From contig CAXXMD010000003.1 in the NCBI GenBank assembly GCA_963675755.2, positions 288,001-352,000 of the forward strand: a stretch of 64,000 bases of DNA, given 5' to 3'. Source of the DNA: a bacterium. GTDB taxonomy: Bacteria; Zhuqueibacterota; Zhuqueibacteria; Residuimicrobiales; Krinioviventaceae. This document shows, in pieces, positions 45,678 through 55,342 of the stretch. Below the pieces are notes generated by a model. It saw nothing but the letters and a program-made list of their open reading frames with translations. It was not told where the DNA came from and ran no database searches. The translations under genes and the position numbers were made by a program. Numbering within the stretch: position 1 is the first letter of the stretch; every line of letters begins with the position of its first letter.

Positions 45678-46231
45678 TTTTTATCAACTATTTGTAAATA
45701 ATCCGGCAAATGCGGAACCAGCCGCGAAATGATTACCGGAACAACAATTATAAACAAGAGTGTATTTACACCAATATGTGTCAGGTAAAACAGCATACCG
45801 GTTGAAAAAACGGCAACAATTTTATTCAAAGACAATTTAAACGTAACAATAATAAAACTCATTGTCGTTAAAACATCATAAACCAAAGTCAGCACAAATC
45901 CCGCTGCTCCGGAAAAGAGAACGCATTTCCAATCACAGGTTATTATTTTTCTCCGCAGTACGCCACCACTCCAGCCAATCAATCCAAAACAAAACACCTG
46001 CGCCAGCAATAATGGCAATATTGGCATCCCATATGGATTAAACACCGAATACAGGGTTTCCGCTGTCAAACCTATACATAATCCCAACAAGGGACCGGTC
46101 AACACCCCTGAAATAAATACCGTAGCGGTTATCATTTCCACATTCGGGATGTACAAAAACAAATATCCGATTGCTACCGACAGTGCAGCCAGAATAGATG
46201 CTAGTATTATTTTTTTTGAAGACGGGGCCAT
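45674..46231 (-). CDS. ECF transporter S component
   Basis: About 6 TM helices, IPNVE motif; ATG at 46231 preferred over the TTG at 46285. Confidence 0.7.
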   Translation of the reverse strand: MAPSSKKIILASILAALSVAIGYLFLYIPNVEMITATVFISGVLTGPLLGLCIGLTAETLYSVFNPYGMPILPLLLAQVFCFGLIGWSGGVLRRKIITCDWKCVLFSGAAGFVLTLVYDVLTTMSFIIVTFKLSLNKIVAVFSTGMLFYLTHIGVNTLLFIIVVPVIISRLVPHLPDYLQIVDKK

Positions 46232-46310
46232 TTCGTTACCGGATATGTGAAACTGGAATTTAGGAAAAGTTGAGGGGATTTCCAAGGTCTTTCACAGGCT
46301 ATATACCTGT

Positions 46311-47324
46311 TTATAAACCAATTCCATCAATTTCCGTACTACATTTGGGACATTTTCCGGCATTTAGCCGGTTCTCAATAATTGTAAAACCCCAACGCTC
46401 AATCAAAAGTTCCCCGCAATGATAACAGTAGGTGTTTTCCCCAACATCTCCGGCTACATTGCCGCTATATACATATCTCAAACCTTCACTCAAACCAATT
46501 TCCCGTGCCCGCCGCATAATGGACAATGGTGTTATGGGTAAATCTCTTAATAAATACTGGGGATGAAATCGGCTAATGTGCCATGGCGTTTCGGGACCCA
46601 GCTCATCTCTGATGAATTGCGCAATCTCGATTATAGTTTTTTCATTATCTACGAATGTAGGCACAATCAGGGTGGTCACCTCTACCCATACGCCCAGTTT
46701 TTTCAAAAGTTTGAGTGTATTTAATATATGTTTCAACTCACCACCAACAACACTTTTGTAAAAATCAGGGTCCCATCCCTTGAGATCAATATTGGCGGCA
46801 GTCAAAAAAGGCGCAATCTTTTCAAGTGGTGCTTTATTTATATAACCGTTCGAAATCCAAACGGTACCCAATCCCTTTTCTACAGCAAGGTTGGCAATAT
46901 CAAAAGCATATTCATAATAAATTGTAGGCTCGGTATAGGTAAATGCTATGGTTTTACACAAATGGCGTTTTGCTGTATCCACAACCTGCTTTGCGGTATA
47001 ATCCTGTCCCACAATCAATTCATTCCGCTGACTGGGCATCTGCGAGATATCACAATTCTGGCAAAACTTGCATTTAAAATTACAGCCCACGGTTGCAACA
47101 GAAAATGAAGAAGAACCTGGCTTTACATGGAACAGAGGCTTTTTTTCTATGGGATCTATATGCGTTGCTACGGCTTTTTCGTAAACCAACGAGTATAAAA
47201 CACCCTGTTTGTTCATGCGAACACCACATATGCCAATTTCCCCATCACTCAGCTTGCAATGATGGGGACACAGCATACACTGCACCTGCCCCTCTGTTTC
47301 CCGAAAAAAATCAGCTCTTTTCAA
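46311..47324 (-). CDS. amrS: AmmeMemoRadiSam system radical SAM enzyme
   Basis: C.LCPH.C, DPIEKKPLFH, GCNFKCKFCQN, HISRFHP. Confidence 0.92.
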   Translation of the reverse strand: MKRADFFRETEGQVQCMLCPHHCKLSDGEIGICGVRMNKQGVLYSLVYEKAVATHIDPIEKKPLFHVKPGSSSFSVATVGCNFKCKFCQNCDISQMPSQRNELIVGQDYTAKQVVDTAKRHLCKTIAFTYTEPTIYYEYAFDIANLAVEKGLGTVWISNGYINKAPLEKIAPFLTAANIDLKGWDPDFYKSVVGGELKHILNTLKLLKKLGVWVEVTTLIVPTFVDNEKTIIEIAQFIRDELGPETPWHISRFHPQYLLRDLPITPLSIMRRAREIGLSEGLRYVYSGNVAGDVGENTYCYHCGELLIERWGFTIIENRLNAGKCPKCSTEIDGIGL

Positions 47325-47335
47325 TGGATTTAACC

Positions 47336-48277
47336 TCAGTCGATTGGGAAAAGTGCTTCCATTTCTGCAATATCATCAGCATCCAGCTCTACTTCTGCGG
47401 CGGCAATATTTGCCTCAACCTGGTCTACTCTTCTGGCACCCACAATGGCAGATGTAACAGCAGGATGCTTTAATACCCATGCTACCGCAAGCTGTCCTAT
47501 ATTCACATCATGTTTTTCTGCTATGGGGCGTAATTTTTCAACTCTCTCCAGGTTTTCTGAAAGCTTGGGCTCGTTATATTCAGGACTCCGTAACCGCCAG
47601 TCATCCTTTGCAAGTTTATTAATATCAAACTTGCCGGTAAGTAATCCGGAAAACATGGGACTGTATGCGACAACACCTATACCATTATCCAGGCAATAGG
47701 GTAATATGTCATTTTCAATACGCCTGCGGAACAAACTGTATGGTGGCTGCAGCGAATCGACATGCCCAATATCCATACAACTCTGCATCAAATCTACTTT
47801 AAAATTAGATACTCCTACCCAGCGGATTTTACCTTCTTCTTTGAGTTTAAGCACTTCCTGCCAGGATTCTTCAACCGGTGTGTGAGTGTCCGGCCAGTGG
47901 AACTGCATCAAATCAATCAAATCGATATCCAGACGGGTCAGGCTGTCTTCAACCTCTTTACGAATGCTCTCTGGTTTTAAATTATTTCGGACTTTATTGT
48001 TTTCATCCCAAACCAGACCACATTTGGTAGCAATGATCAGATCATCACGTTTTCCCTGGATCGCCAGCCCTACAAGTTCTTCCGCAGCACCCAAACCATA
48101 TGCCGGCGCGGTATCGATCCAATTGATGCCCAAATCAATAGCGCGTTCAATTGTACGGATCGATTCTTTTTCATCTGATGGGCCCCAACCAAAGGTCCAG
48201 GATCCGCCAATAGCCCAGGTACCCAGACCAATGAGTGAGAGTTCGGGTCCGTTTTTACCCAGTTTACGTGTTTTCAT
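47336..48277 (-). CDS. Aldo/keto reductase
   Basis: GLGTW, DTAPAYG, IATKCG, HWPD, GVSNF, YSPM. Confidence 0.93.
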   Translation of the reverse strand: MKTRKLGKNGPELSLIGLGTWAIGGSWTFGWGPSDEKESIRTIERAIDLGINWIDTAPAYGLGAAEELVGLAIQGKRDDLIIATKCGLVWDENNKVRNNLKPESIRKEVEDSLTRLDIDLIDLMQFHWPDTHTPVEESWQEVLKLKEEGKIRWVGVSNFKVDLMQSCMDIGHVDSLQPPYSLFRRRIENDILPYCLDNGIGVVAYSPMFSGLLTGKFDINKLAKDDWRLRSPEYNEPKLSENLERVEKLRPIAEKHDVNIGQLAVAWVLKHPAVTSAIVGARRVDQVEANIAAAEVELDADDIAEMEALFPID

Positions 48278-48289
48278 AATACCTCTTTA

Positions 48290-48916
48290 TTATATAGTTA
48301 ACCCGGCTGACATCATCAATGAAAAAATTAAAAGCAAGGGAATAGACAGAATAACTTGTAAAATCAAAAAAGCCCCAACACTTTTCAAAAAAGTAAATTT
48401 ATTGATTTGGGCCAAACCGGAAAATAAAATATACAAATGAAATACGATAACAATTACATCCACAAGCTGAATGATCCCCCATAGTCCCTGCAACAAAGTA
48501 CTGGATTGAATAATGGGTTGTTCAACCTGAAACAACTCGTCCCGGAACAAGATATATTTAATGCCCCATAAAGGCATTGTATATACCAGAGGTGCCCAGG
48601 CCCAGGCCATTACTGTTCTTACGTGACTGAGTGGTGCAGGACCGCCCATTCTTGTGGTTATTTTTTGCAGCACCCAGCCGCCAACATATACGGTAAAAAG
48701 ACCTCCAATGGGGCCCATTAGAATACTTGTTACGATCAAACTACTTGTTTGCATTGAGGGCAGCATTGCAGTTACTCCGCTTGCATTATCAAGGGCTTGT
48801 GCAATACCACCCAGTACAATCAACATTAACATTTGATAACTGGGGTTTTCATCAACAATTCGTTGTATGGTTTCGCGTGGATTTCTCCAGATTGTAGACC
48901 AGGGGCTCGGTTCCAT
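48290..48916 (-). CDS. Yip1 family membrane protein
   Basis: W..IW..PRETI start and 5 TM helices. Confidence 0.75.
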   Translation of the reverse strand: MEPSPWSTIWRNPRETIQRIVDENPSYQMLMLIVLGGIAQALDNASGVTAMLPSMQTSSLIVTSILMGPIGGLFTVYVGGWVLQKITTRMGGPAPLSHVRTVMAWAWAPLVYTMPLWGIKYILFRDELFQVEQPIIQSSTLLQGLWGIIQLVDVIVIVFHLYILFSGLAQINKFTFLKSVGAFLILQVILSIPLLLIFSLMMSAGLTI

Positions 48917-48919
48917 GTC

Positions 48920-49498
48920 TTACTGTTCCGTTCTGCTAGTTGTATTTCCAAACATTTCTATTACTTTTTTTTCAAATCGATAAAATATCGAATCGTCTTC
49001 TAAAAGACGTTTATCTATTCCATTCCAAATACCCTGGACCATAGATTGATAGTACCACTTTTGCTTTTCATATCCTTCGCGAAAGCGGTCCCAAAGCGTG
49101 TCTCCAAGATATTTATAATCATTCAGCATGGATGAAATATTGTGCAGCTTGTCCGCACAGGTCACATATTTCACCGGCATGGGAGCATCATAGATCGCAT
49201 CGATTGTATGCTGCTTCCTGGCCTGCCACGATGCTTTACGGTCCGGTTCTGAACATGCCTGAACAATATCGGCAATCTCTTGCCCAAACTCTTTTACCAG
49301 GGTATCAAAAGTCACATGCGTATCTTCAAGTGTATCGTGCAGTAAACCCGCAATGACTATCTTGTCGCTACATCCTTCTTTTAACAGTAGCATACTGACC
49401 GCAAACGGATGCACAATATAAGGCACATCGCTTTTTTTTCTATACTGTCCGTCATGTGCAGTAGTAGCAAATATAATGGCGTTTTCAAGACTTTTCAT
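48920..49498 (-). CDS. HD-domain protein, Mesh1/small alarmone hydrolase-like
   Basis: AHDGQYRK...PYIVHP, LLHDTLEDT, ADKLHN. Confidence 0.8.
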   Translation of the reverse strand: MKSLENAIIFATTAHDGQYRKKSDVPYIVHPFAVSMLLLKEGCSDKIVIAGLLHDTLEDTHVTFDTLVKEFGQEIADIVQACSEPDRKASWQARKQHTIDAIYDAPMPVKYVTCADKLHNISSMLNDYKYLGDTLWDRFREGYEKQKWYYQSMVQGIWNGIDKRLLEDDSIFYRFEKKVIEMFGNTTSRTEQ

Positions 49499-49515
49499 GT
49501 ATGAAACACTTGGTT

Positions 49516-51246
49516 TTATTTTGTACTTCGAAACGCAGCCAGCACATCGTTCTGGCTTATGATCCCCAACAGCATGGATGAATTTTCATCATCAATGATG
49601 GGTAAATATGTAACATCGCTATTTTGCTTGAAAATTTCCAAAACTTCGCCCAATGTTTGGTCCGGATAAAGCGCCAAAGGCTCGGGTTTTACAAGGTCAC
49701 GCGCTACAATAAATTTTGCAATGCTTTCATCAAACAAGATATCACGTATATCCTGATAGTCTACAACGCCAATAAATCTTTCATTACGGTTAATTATGGG
49801 GAAACGGTCATATTTACTGTGAGAGATCTGACGTAAAATTTCATTAAAAGGGGTATCTTCGTACAAGGTTTCAACATTTTTACGCATTACATGTTTCACA
49901 TATATATCGGCAGCACTTTTTAGATTATGCCCTTTGGGTACGCCAATAGAAGTACGGAACTGATCAATAACATGATGCAGTCCTTCATAGGTACCTTCTT
50001 TGGCTTTCTTGGAAAGCAGGGTCAACAGGGGCACCTCACCTGCATGTACAAGGGCCTGACGCACCGTAATGGGTCCGGCAAGCTCAAAAAACACAACAGA
50101 ACCCAGAATTACGGTCTGGATGATCTCTCCGCCTTCCGGCCACTGCCGTGCAAGAGATTGCGACAATCCAATGGCAACACCCGCCTGGGCAATCATTGCA
50201 TATCCCAGCCAGCGCCGCTCAATATATCCAAAATCGCCCCATCTGGCTCCCATCCAGTTTCCCAACACTTTACCGGCGGTTCGCATTATGATATATGCAA
50301 TACCCAGCAAGCCAATGTCTTTCATCACTTCTATGTGCAAACTTGCACCTGCAATTACAAAGAAAAAGACATACAGGGGATAATCCACACTTTTTAACGC
50401 TTCAAACAGATTCCGCTCTTTTGGGGAAGCATTTACTATGGTTAATCCCGTAACAAAGCAGGACAAAAAGATATCCAATCCCCACATCCACGACAATCCG
50501 ATATTCGCAACAATGCCGCCAATAAGCAGCATCAGGTATTCTGTACGACTCTCGACATTCTGCGCCCACACACTGATGAGCACACCGGTGAGGAATCCCA
50601 AAACGATGGGGCCAAACATGGCTAGCAAAAACATTGTTACAGATCCGCTGCTGTTGAGCAGTAAAAATGTAATGATGTTAAAGATCAAAATAGAGAATAG
50701 ATTATTTAATCCGACCAGTGAAAGCGCAAGGTCCGTTACCGGGCCTTCGGAATCATATTCACGGATTACCATTAATGACGCAGCGGGTGCGGTTGCAATA
50801 GCAATGATACCGGTAAATATGGCCAAATAGATTGATGATCCCAATAAACCTAATGACGCGCCCAAAACGGTTTTATTGAGCAGCATGTTGAACACAAATA
50901 TGGTGATGGAAACCAGAATAAATGTAGCTGCCATTTCTGAAATAGACAGCCGGGCCATGCGTTTGCCCCAGCGTCTGAGAGATTGGAACTTGAACTGACT
51001 TCCGATGGTCAGCATAATAAAAGCCAGTGCAACATCAGAAATGATTTTTACAAATTCCAATACTTCATGGCTGATCAACTCGGGGTAACCCAGCATATGC
51101 GCCATAGACGGGCCTGCAGCCAGGCCTACCAGCAGATATCCGGTAACCCTGGGAACACGCAAACGTGCGGCAACACGACCAAATATCAATGCCGCAAGAA
51201 AGCAGATCCCGGTAGAAAATAAAGTGTGGTTAATGTGCAGGTCCAA
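49516..51246 (-). CDS. Cation:proton antiporter with C-terminal CBS pair
   Basis: About 12 TM helices, ATAPA, QAGVAIGL; two CBS domains. Confidence 0.85.
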   Translation of the reverse strand: MDLHINHTLFSTGICFLAALIFGRVAARLRVPRVTGYLLVGLAAGPSMAHMLGYPELISHEVLEFVKIISDVALAFIMLTIGSQFKFQSLRRWGKRMARLSISEMAATFILVSITIFVFNMLLNKTVLGASLGLLGSSIYLAIFTGIIAIATAPAASLMVIREYDSEGPVTDLALSLVGLNNLFSILIFNIITFLLLNSSGSVTMFLLAMFGPIVLGFLTGVLISVWAQNVESRTEYLMLLIGGIVANIGLSWMWGLDIFLSCFVTGLTIVNASPKERNLFEALKSVDYPLYVFFFVIAGASLHIEVMKDIGLLGIAYIIMRTAGKVLGNWMGARWGDFGYIERRWLGYAMIAQAGVAIGLSQSLARQWPEGGEIIQTVILGSVVFFELAGPITVRQALVHAGEVPLLTLLSKKAKEGTYEGLHHVIDQFRTSIGVPKGHNLKSAADIYVKHVMRKNVETLYEDTPFNEILRQISHSKYDRFPIINRNERFIGVVDYQDIRDILFDESIAKFIVARDLVKPEPLALYPDQTLGEVLEIFKQNSDVTYLPIIDDENSSMLLGIISQNDVLAAFRSTK

Positions 51247-51364
51247 TTCAAATTCCGAAATAGTCTATGATCTGTTTGTTAAACATAGACATTCCCGACT
51301 AAATAATCAAGATTTATTAAACCGGAACAGGAAATGCGTGGGAAAAGATGATGGATAGTTTCAA

Positions 51365-52552
51365 GATCGTGACGGAGTTTAGCGTCAGCGGTCTCCGTCA
51401 CGAAATACTTCTTAACATCTGGATATCCATATCACTCCCCAATGATCGTGACGGAGTTAAGCGCCAGCGTTCTCCGTCACGGATATCTTTTTAACATCTG
51501 GATATCCACAACCAAAGATCCAACGATCGTGACGGAGTTAAGCGATAGCGTTCTCCGTCACGGAATACTTCTTAACATCTGGATCCCCACACCGTCCACC
51601 AACGATCGTGACGGAGTTAAGCGATAGCGGTCTCCGTCACGTATATCCTACTTTCTGGAGTGATCCATACTTATAAAATCAGAAACAATCACACGCAACG
51701 GAGAACACTGCGTTCATCTCCGTTGCGATCTTTTTTTAGATCGTGACGGAGTTAAGCGCCAGCGATCTCCGTCACGGAAATCCTGATTTTTTTGGTTGAT
51801 CCATTATTGTAAAACCATGAACATCTTGCGCAACGGAGAACAGAACACTACGTTTATCTCCGTTGCGATCATTTCTTTTAGATAGTGACAAAGTTTAGCG
51901 TCAGCGGTCTCCGTCGCGGAAATCTTTTTGACATCTGGATATCCACATCGATCCCAAATGATCGTGACGGAGTTTAGCGCCAGCAGTCTCCGTCGCGGAA
52001 CTCTTTTTAACATCTGGATATCCACATCGTCCACCAACGATCGTGACGGAGTTAAGCGCCAGCGGTCTCCGTCACGGATATCTTTTTGACATCCGGAATT
52101 CCACACCGTCCACCAACGATCGTGACGGAGTTAAGCGTCAGCTGTCTCCGTCACGGAATTCTTTTTAACATCTGGATATCCACAACCAAAGATCCAACGA
52201 TCGTGACGGAGTTAAGCGCCAGCAGTCTCCGTCACGGAACTCTTTTTAACATCTGGATATCCACATCGTTCCCCAATTATCATGACGGAGTTAAGCGTCA
52301 GCGGTCTCCGTCACGGAACTCTTTTTGACATCTGGATATCCACATCGATCCCAAATGATCGTGACGGAGTTTAGCGCCAGCAGTCTCCGTCGCGGAACTC
52401 TTTTTAACATCTGGATATCCACATCGTCCACCAACGATCGTGACGGAGTTAAGCGCCAGCGGTCTCCGTCACGGATATCTTTTTGACATCCGGAATTCCA
52501 CACCGTCCACCAACGATCGTGACGGAGTTAAGCGTCAGCTGTCTCCGTCACG
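51365..52552. repeat. Left REP array: 14 type-A hairpins (mostly 79-81 bp period) and 2 inverted type-B hairpins
   Basis: Type A GATCGTGACGGAG-N15-CTCCGTCACG at 51365, 51444, 51525, 51604, 51739, 51881, 51960, 52039, 52118, 52199, 52278, 52357, 52436, 52515; type B at 51694 and 51829. Confidence 0.92.
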
Positions 52553-52670
52553 GGATACTTGAAAAAATAAATACTTGAATCATTAAATATTATTATTAAA
52601 TTAAAGCATACAACTCTTGGGGCGGTTGTATATACCCCATCAACACCAATATCATTACAAGTGAAACGAT

Positions 52671-53204
52671 ATGAGATCAAGATTCAAGGTCTATCCTGAT
52701 ACAGGAATGTATTATATCACTTCAACAATTATTGATTGGACACCTATCATTATCAATGATGATATATGTACAATCCTCATTAATTCTTTCAAACACTGTC
52801 AGGAACACAAGAATTTATGGATATTCGGATATGTTATCATGCCAAATCATTTCCACATGATCATATCCATGGAAAACAGTCTTGACATCCCAAATGTAAT
52901 TCGCGATATGAAACGATACACATCACGGAAAATCTCAAACTATATCAAACAAAATACCAGACAAAACTTTAAACCGTGGTTAAAGCAGTTCTGCGCAACG
53001 AATGGCAATACGGTCTGGCAAAAAGGGTATCATCCTATTTTGATTGAAAGTGACAAATGGTTCAACCAAAAATTGGATTACATCCATTACAATCCAGTAG
53101 AAAAAGGTTTTGTCGATCTACCTGAATACTGGAGATATTCGAGTGCCAGAAACTATATACTGGACGATCATTCGATCCTCAGTCTTGATCTTGATAAATT
53201 ATAA
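52671..53204 (+). CDS. REP-associated tyrosine transposase (RAYT, Y1_Tnp HUH endonuclease)
   Basis: YYITST, GYVIMPNHFH (HUH), DMKRYTS, WQKGYH, LDYIHYNPV (catalytic Tyr), WRYSSA. Confidence 0.9.
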   Translation: MRSRFKVYPDTGMYYITSTIIDWTPIIINDDICTILINSFKHCQEHKNLWIFGYVIMPNHFHMIISMENSLDIPNVIRDMKRYTSRKISNYIKQNTRQNFKPWLKQFCATNGNTVWQKGYHPILIESDKWFNQKLDYIHYNPVEKGFVDLPEYWRYSSARNYILDDHSILSLDLDKL

Positions 53205-53237
53205 CCAGCATGTCTCGTTAAAACAGAAACAATCACA

Positions 53238-54149
53238 CGCAACGGAGAACACTGCGTTCATCTCCGTTGCGATCATTTTTTTATTTGTAATCAACGATTA
53301 CAAAAAGGATCAGTATCTACAAGCGTCCTTATGAATATTTTCAAGCTATAAGAACATGCACCAAGCAATCCCAAAGATCGTGACGGAGTTAAGCGATAGC
53401 GTTCTCCGTCACGGGAAACTCGATCTCTTGAGTGATCCATACTAGTAAAACCAGAAACATCTTGCGCAACGGAGAACACTGCGTTCATCTCCGTTGCGAT
53501 CATTTTTTTATTTGTAGTCAACGATTACAAAAAGGATCAGTATCTACAAGCGTCCTTATAAATATTTTCAAGCTAAAAGAACATGCCCAAGCAACCCAAA
53601 AGATCGTGACGGAGTTAAGCGATAGCGGTCTCCGTCACGTATATCCTACTTTCTGGAGTGATCCATACTTATAAAATCAGAAACAATCACACGCAACGGA
53701 GAACACTGCGTTCATCTCCGTTGCGATCATTTTTTTATTTGTAGTCAACGATTACAAAAAGGATCAGTATCTACAAGCGTCCTTATAAATATTTTCAAGC
53801 TAAAAGAACATGCCCAAGCAACCCAAAAGATCGTGACGGAGTTAAGCGATAGCGGTCTCCGTCACGTATATCCTACTTTCTGGAGTGATCCATACTTATA
53901 AAATCAGAAACAATCATACGCAACGGAGAACACTGCGTTCATCTCCGTTGCGATCTTTTTTTAGATCGTGACGGAGTTAAGCGCCAGCGATCTCCGTCAC
54001 GGAAATCCTGATTTTTTTGGTTGATCCATTATTGTAAAACCATGAACATCTTGCGCAACGGAGAACAGAACACTACGTTTATCTCCGTTGCGATCATTTC
54101 TTTTAGATAGTGACAAAGTTTAGCGTCAGCGGTCTCCGTCGCGGAAATC
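53238..54149. repeat. Middle BIME-like array of alternating B/A REPs (227-bp period, then short modules)
   Basis: B at 53238, 53465, 53692, 53919, 54054; A at 53376, 53602, 53829, 53964, 54106. Confidence 0.92.
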
Positions 54150-54296
54150 CGAATTCAGACAAAACAAGAATCCCCTTTGCGCCCTTGGCGTTTTCCCTGC
54201 GCCCCTTGCGTTTGGCAGTTTTTACATATTAACTATCAACAAAGCACAACCCTAATCTTACAATCCTATAAATCCCAATAATCTTAATTCAGACAA

Positions 54297-55178
54297 TTAC
54301 TCCGCATGCTCTGCACGGGTTTGATTGATCAATCCAAAAACTTCCTGATTAACATCCACATCTATATTATAATACAGCTCGTTAACAATATCCGGTCCCT
54401 CTCTGGTGAAAACCGCAGCATATACATCAAGACTATTCAAATCAATATAAACATCCGCAAAGTGGTCACCGCAATTGTGGGACTCGCACCCTTTCAGCAC
54501 CAGGAAACCATCCTGTATCGCTACTGGCATCTGTACACCAAATGCGGCTTTGAACGCGTCATATTGATCACCCATTATCTCTTTTAAATTATCTTCAACT
54601 CCTTCTACCTGCGCCAGCACTTCGTTAGGGTATTTGGATACATACCCCGCAAGCGTTTCCGCCGTCAAAGCCTCGGATTGGAGTTGAAACGGATCATCCT
54701 CGGTTTCCGTCAAGAATCCCTTTACATATTTCCAGCGGGATACCACCTGTCCCAGCTCATCACATTCCGCAATTTCAATCACATCACCAGAGCCTTCAAC
54801 ATACCCCTTGGTGATTCGGTAAAACCAGAATTCCAGTTCTCCCAGCATTTGATAAGAAGGATCATCATAAATGCCGATCAATCGCAATACCGGGGGACAA
54901 CAATTGCCGCCCTGGTGCTCTGAGATTATGATCACATCTTCATCACCATTCACTCCCGGGAAAAAGGCCTCAACCATGCCCATGCCATATTCCCCGTTAT
55001 TGATTTTGCAAACCTCCTGCGAATTGATTTTCACCAATAGGTTCATCCCATTGATTTCCGCAATCACGAATTCCCCGCCAATGGTATTGATTTTTACAGA
55101 ATCCTCAGCATACACACTGCTTGTATGAGGTACTATCCAAATCAAAAGAAATATAAAGCCCAATCTCCATGCTTTCAT
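54297..55178 (-). CDS. Secreted acidic protein with C-terminal Ivy-like (lysozyme inhibitor) motif
   Basis: Signal peptide, GGAG RBS; GCESHNCGDH resembles the Ivy CKPHDC loop (family assignment is inference). Confidence 0.6.
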   Translation of the reverse strand: MKAWRLGFIFLLIWIVPHTSSVYAEDSVKINTIGGEFVIAEINGMNLLVKINSQEVCKINNGEYGMGMVEAFFPGVNGDEDVIIISEHQGGNCCPPVLRLIGIYDDPSYQMLGELEFWFYRITKGYVEGSGDVIEIAECDELGQVVSRWKYVKGFLTETEDDPFQLQSEALTAETLAGYVSKYPNEVLAQVEGVEDNLKEIMGDQYDAFKAAFGVQMPVAIQDGFLVLKGCESHNCGDHFADVYIDLNSLDVYAAVFTREGPDIVNELYYNIDVDVNQEVFGLINQTRAEHAE

Positions 55179-55342
55179 GCAAAACTCCGGAAACAGTTGA
55201 TCATTTTTATGAATTTACAAAATTAATAAATCAAAAAACATGCCGATTTGGATAGCTTGTCGCGAAATATGATTAAAAGACAAAACGCAAAGTACGCCAA
55301 GAGGTTGCCAGGGACGCAGAGGAAAAGCTCATTTTGGAAATA

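Noticed and set aside
46232-46310. Riboswitch upstream of the ECF S-component
   Set aside because: Only about 80 nt with one short hairpin; no cobalamin, TPP or FMN consensus recognised
51365-52552. CRISPR array (38-bp palindromic repeat with ~41-bp spacers)
   Set aside because: The spacers are variants of one sequence, the repeats also occur inverted and in other periodicities, there are no cas genes, and the neighbour is an HUH transposase
52671-53204. IS200/IS605 insertion sequence or integron
   Set aside because: No tnpB and no single left/right end pair; motifs fit a RAYT; no tyrosine integrase or attC-type core sites
51442-53674. Short ORFs within the repeat arrays (e.g. 51442-51627, 51804-52106, 52086-52328, 52291-52503, 53291-53521, 53432-53674)
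   Set aside because: They are translations of repeats whose periods mostly break frame; conservation follows hairpin pairing rather than codons
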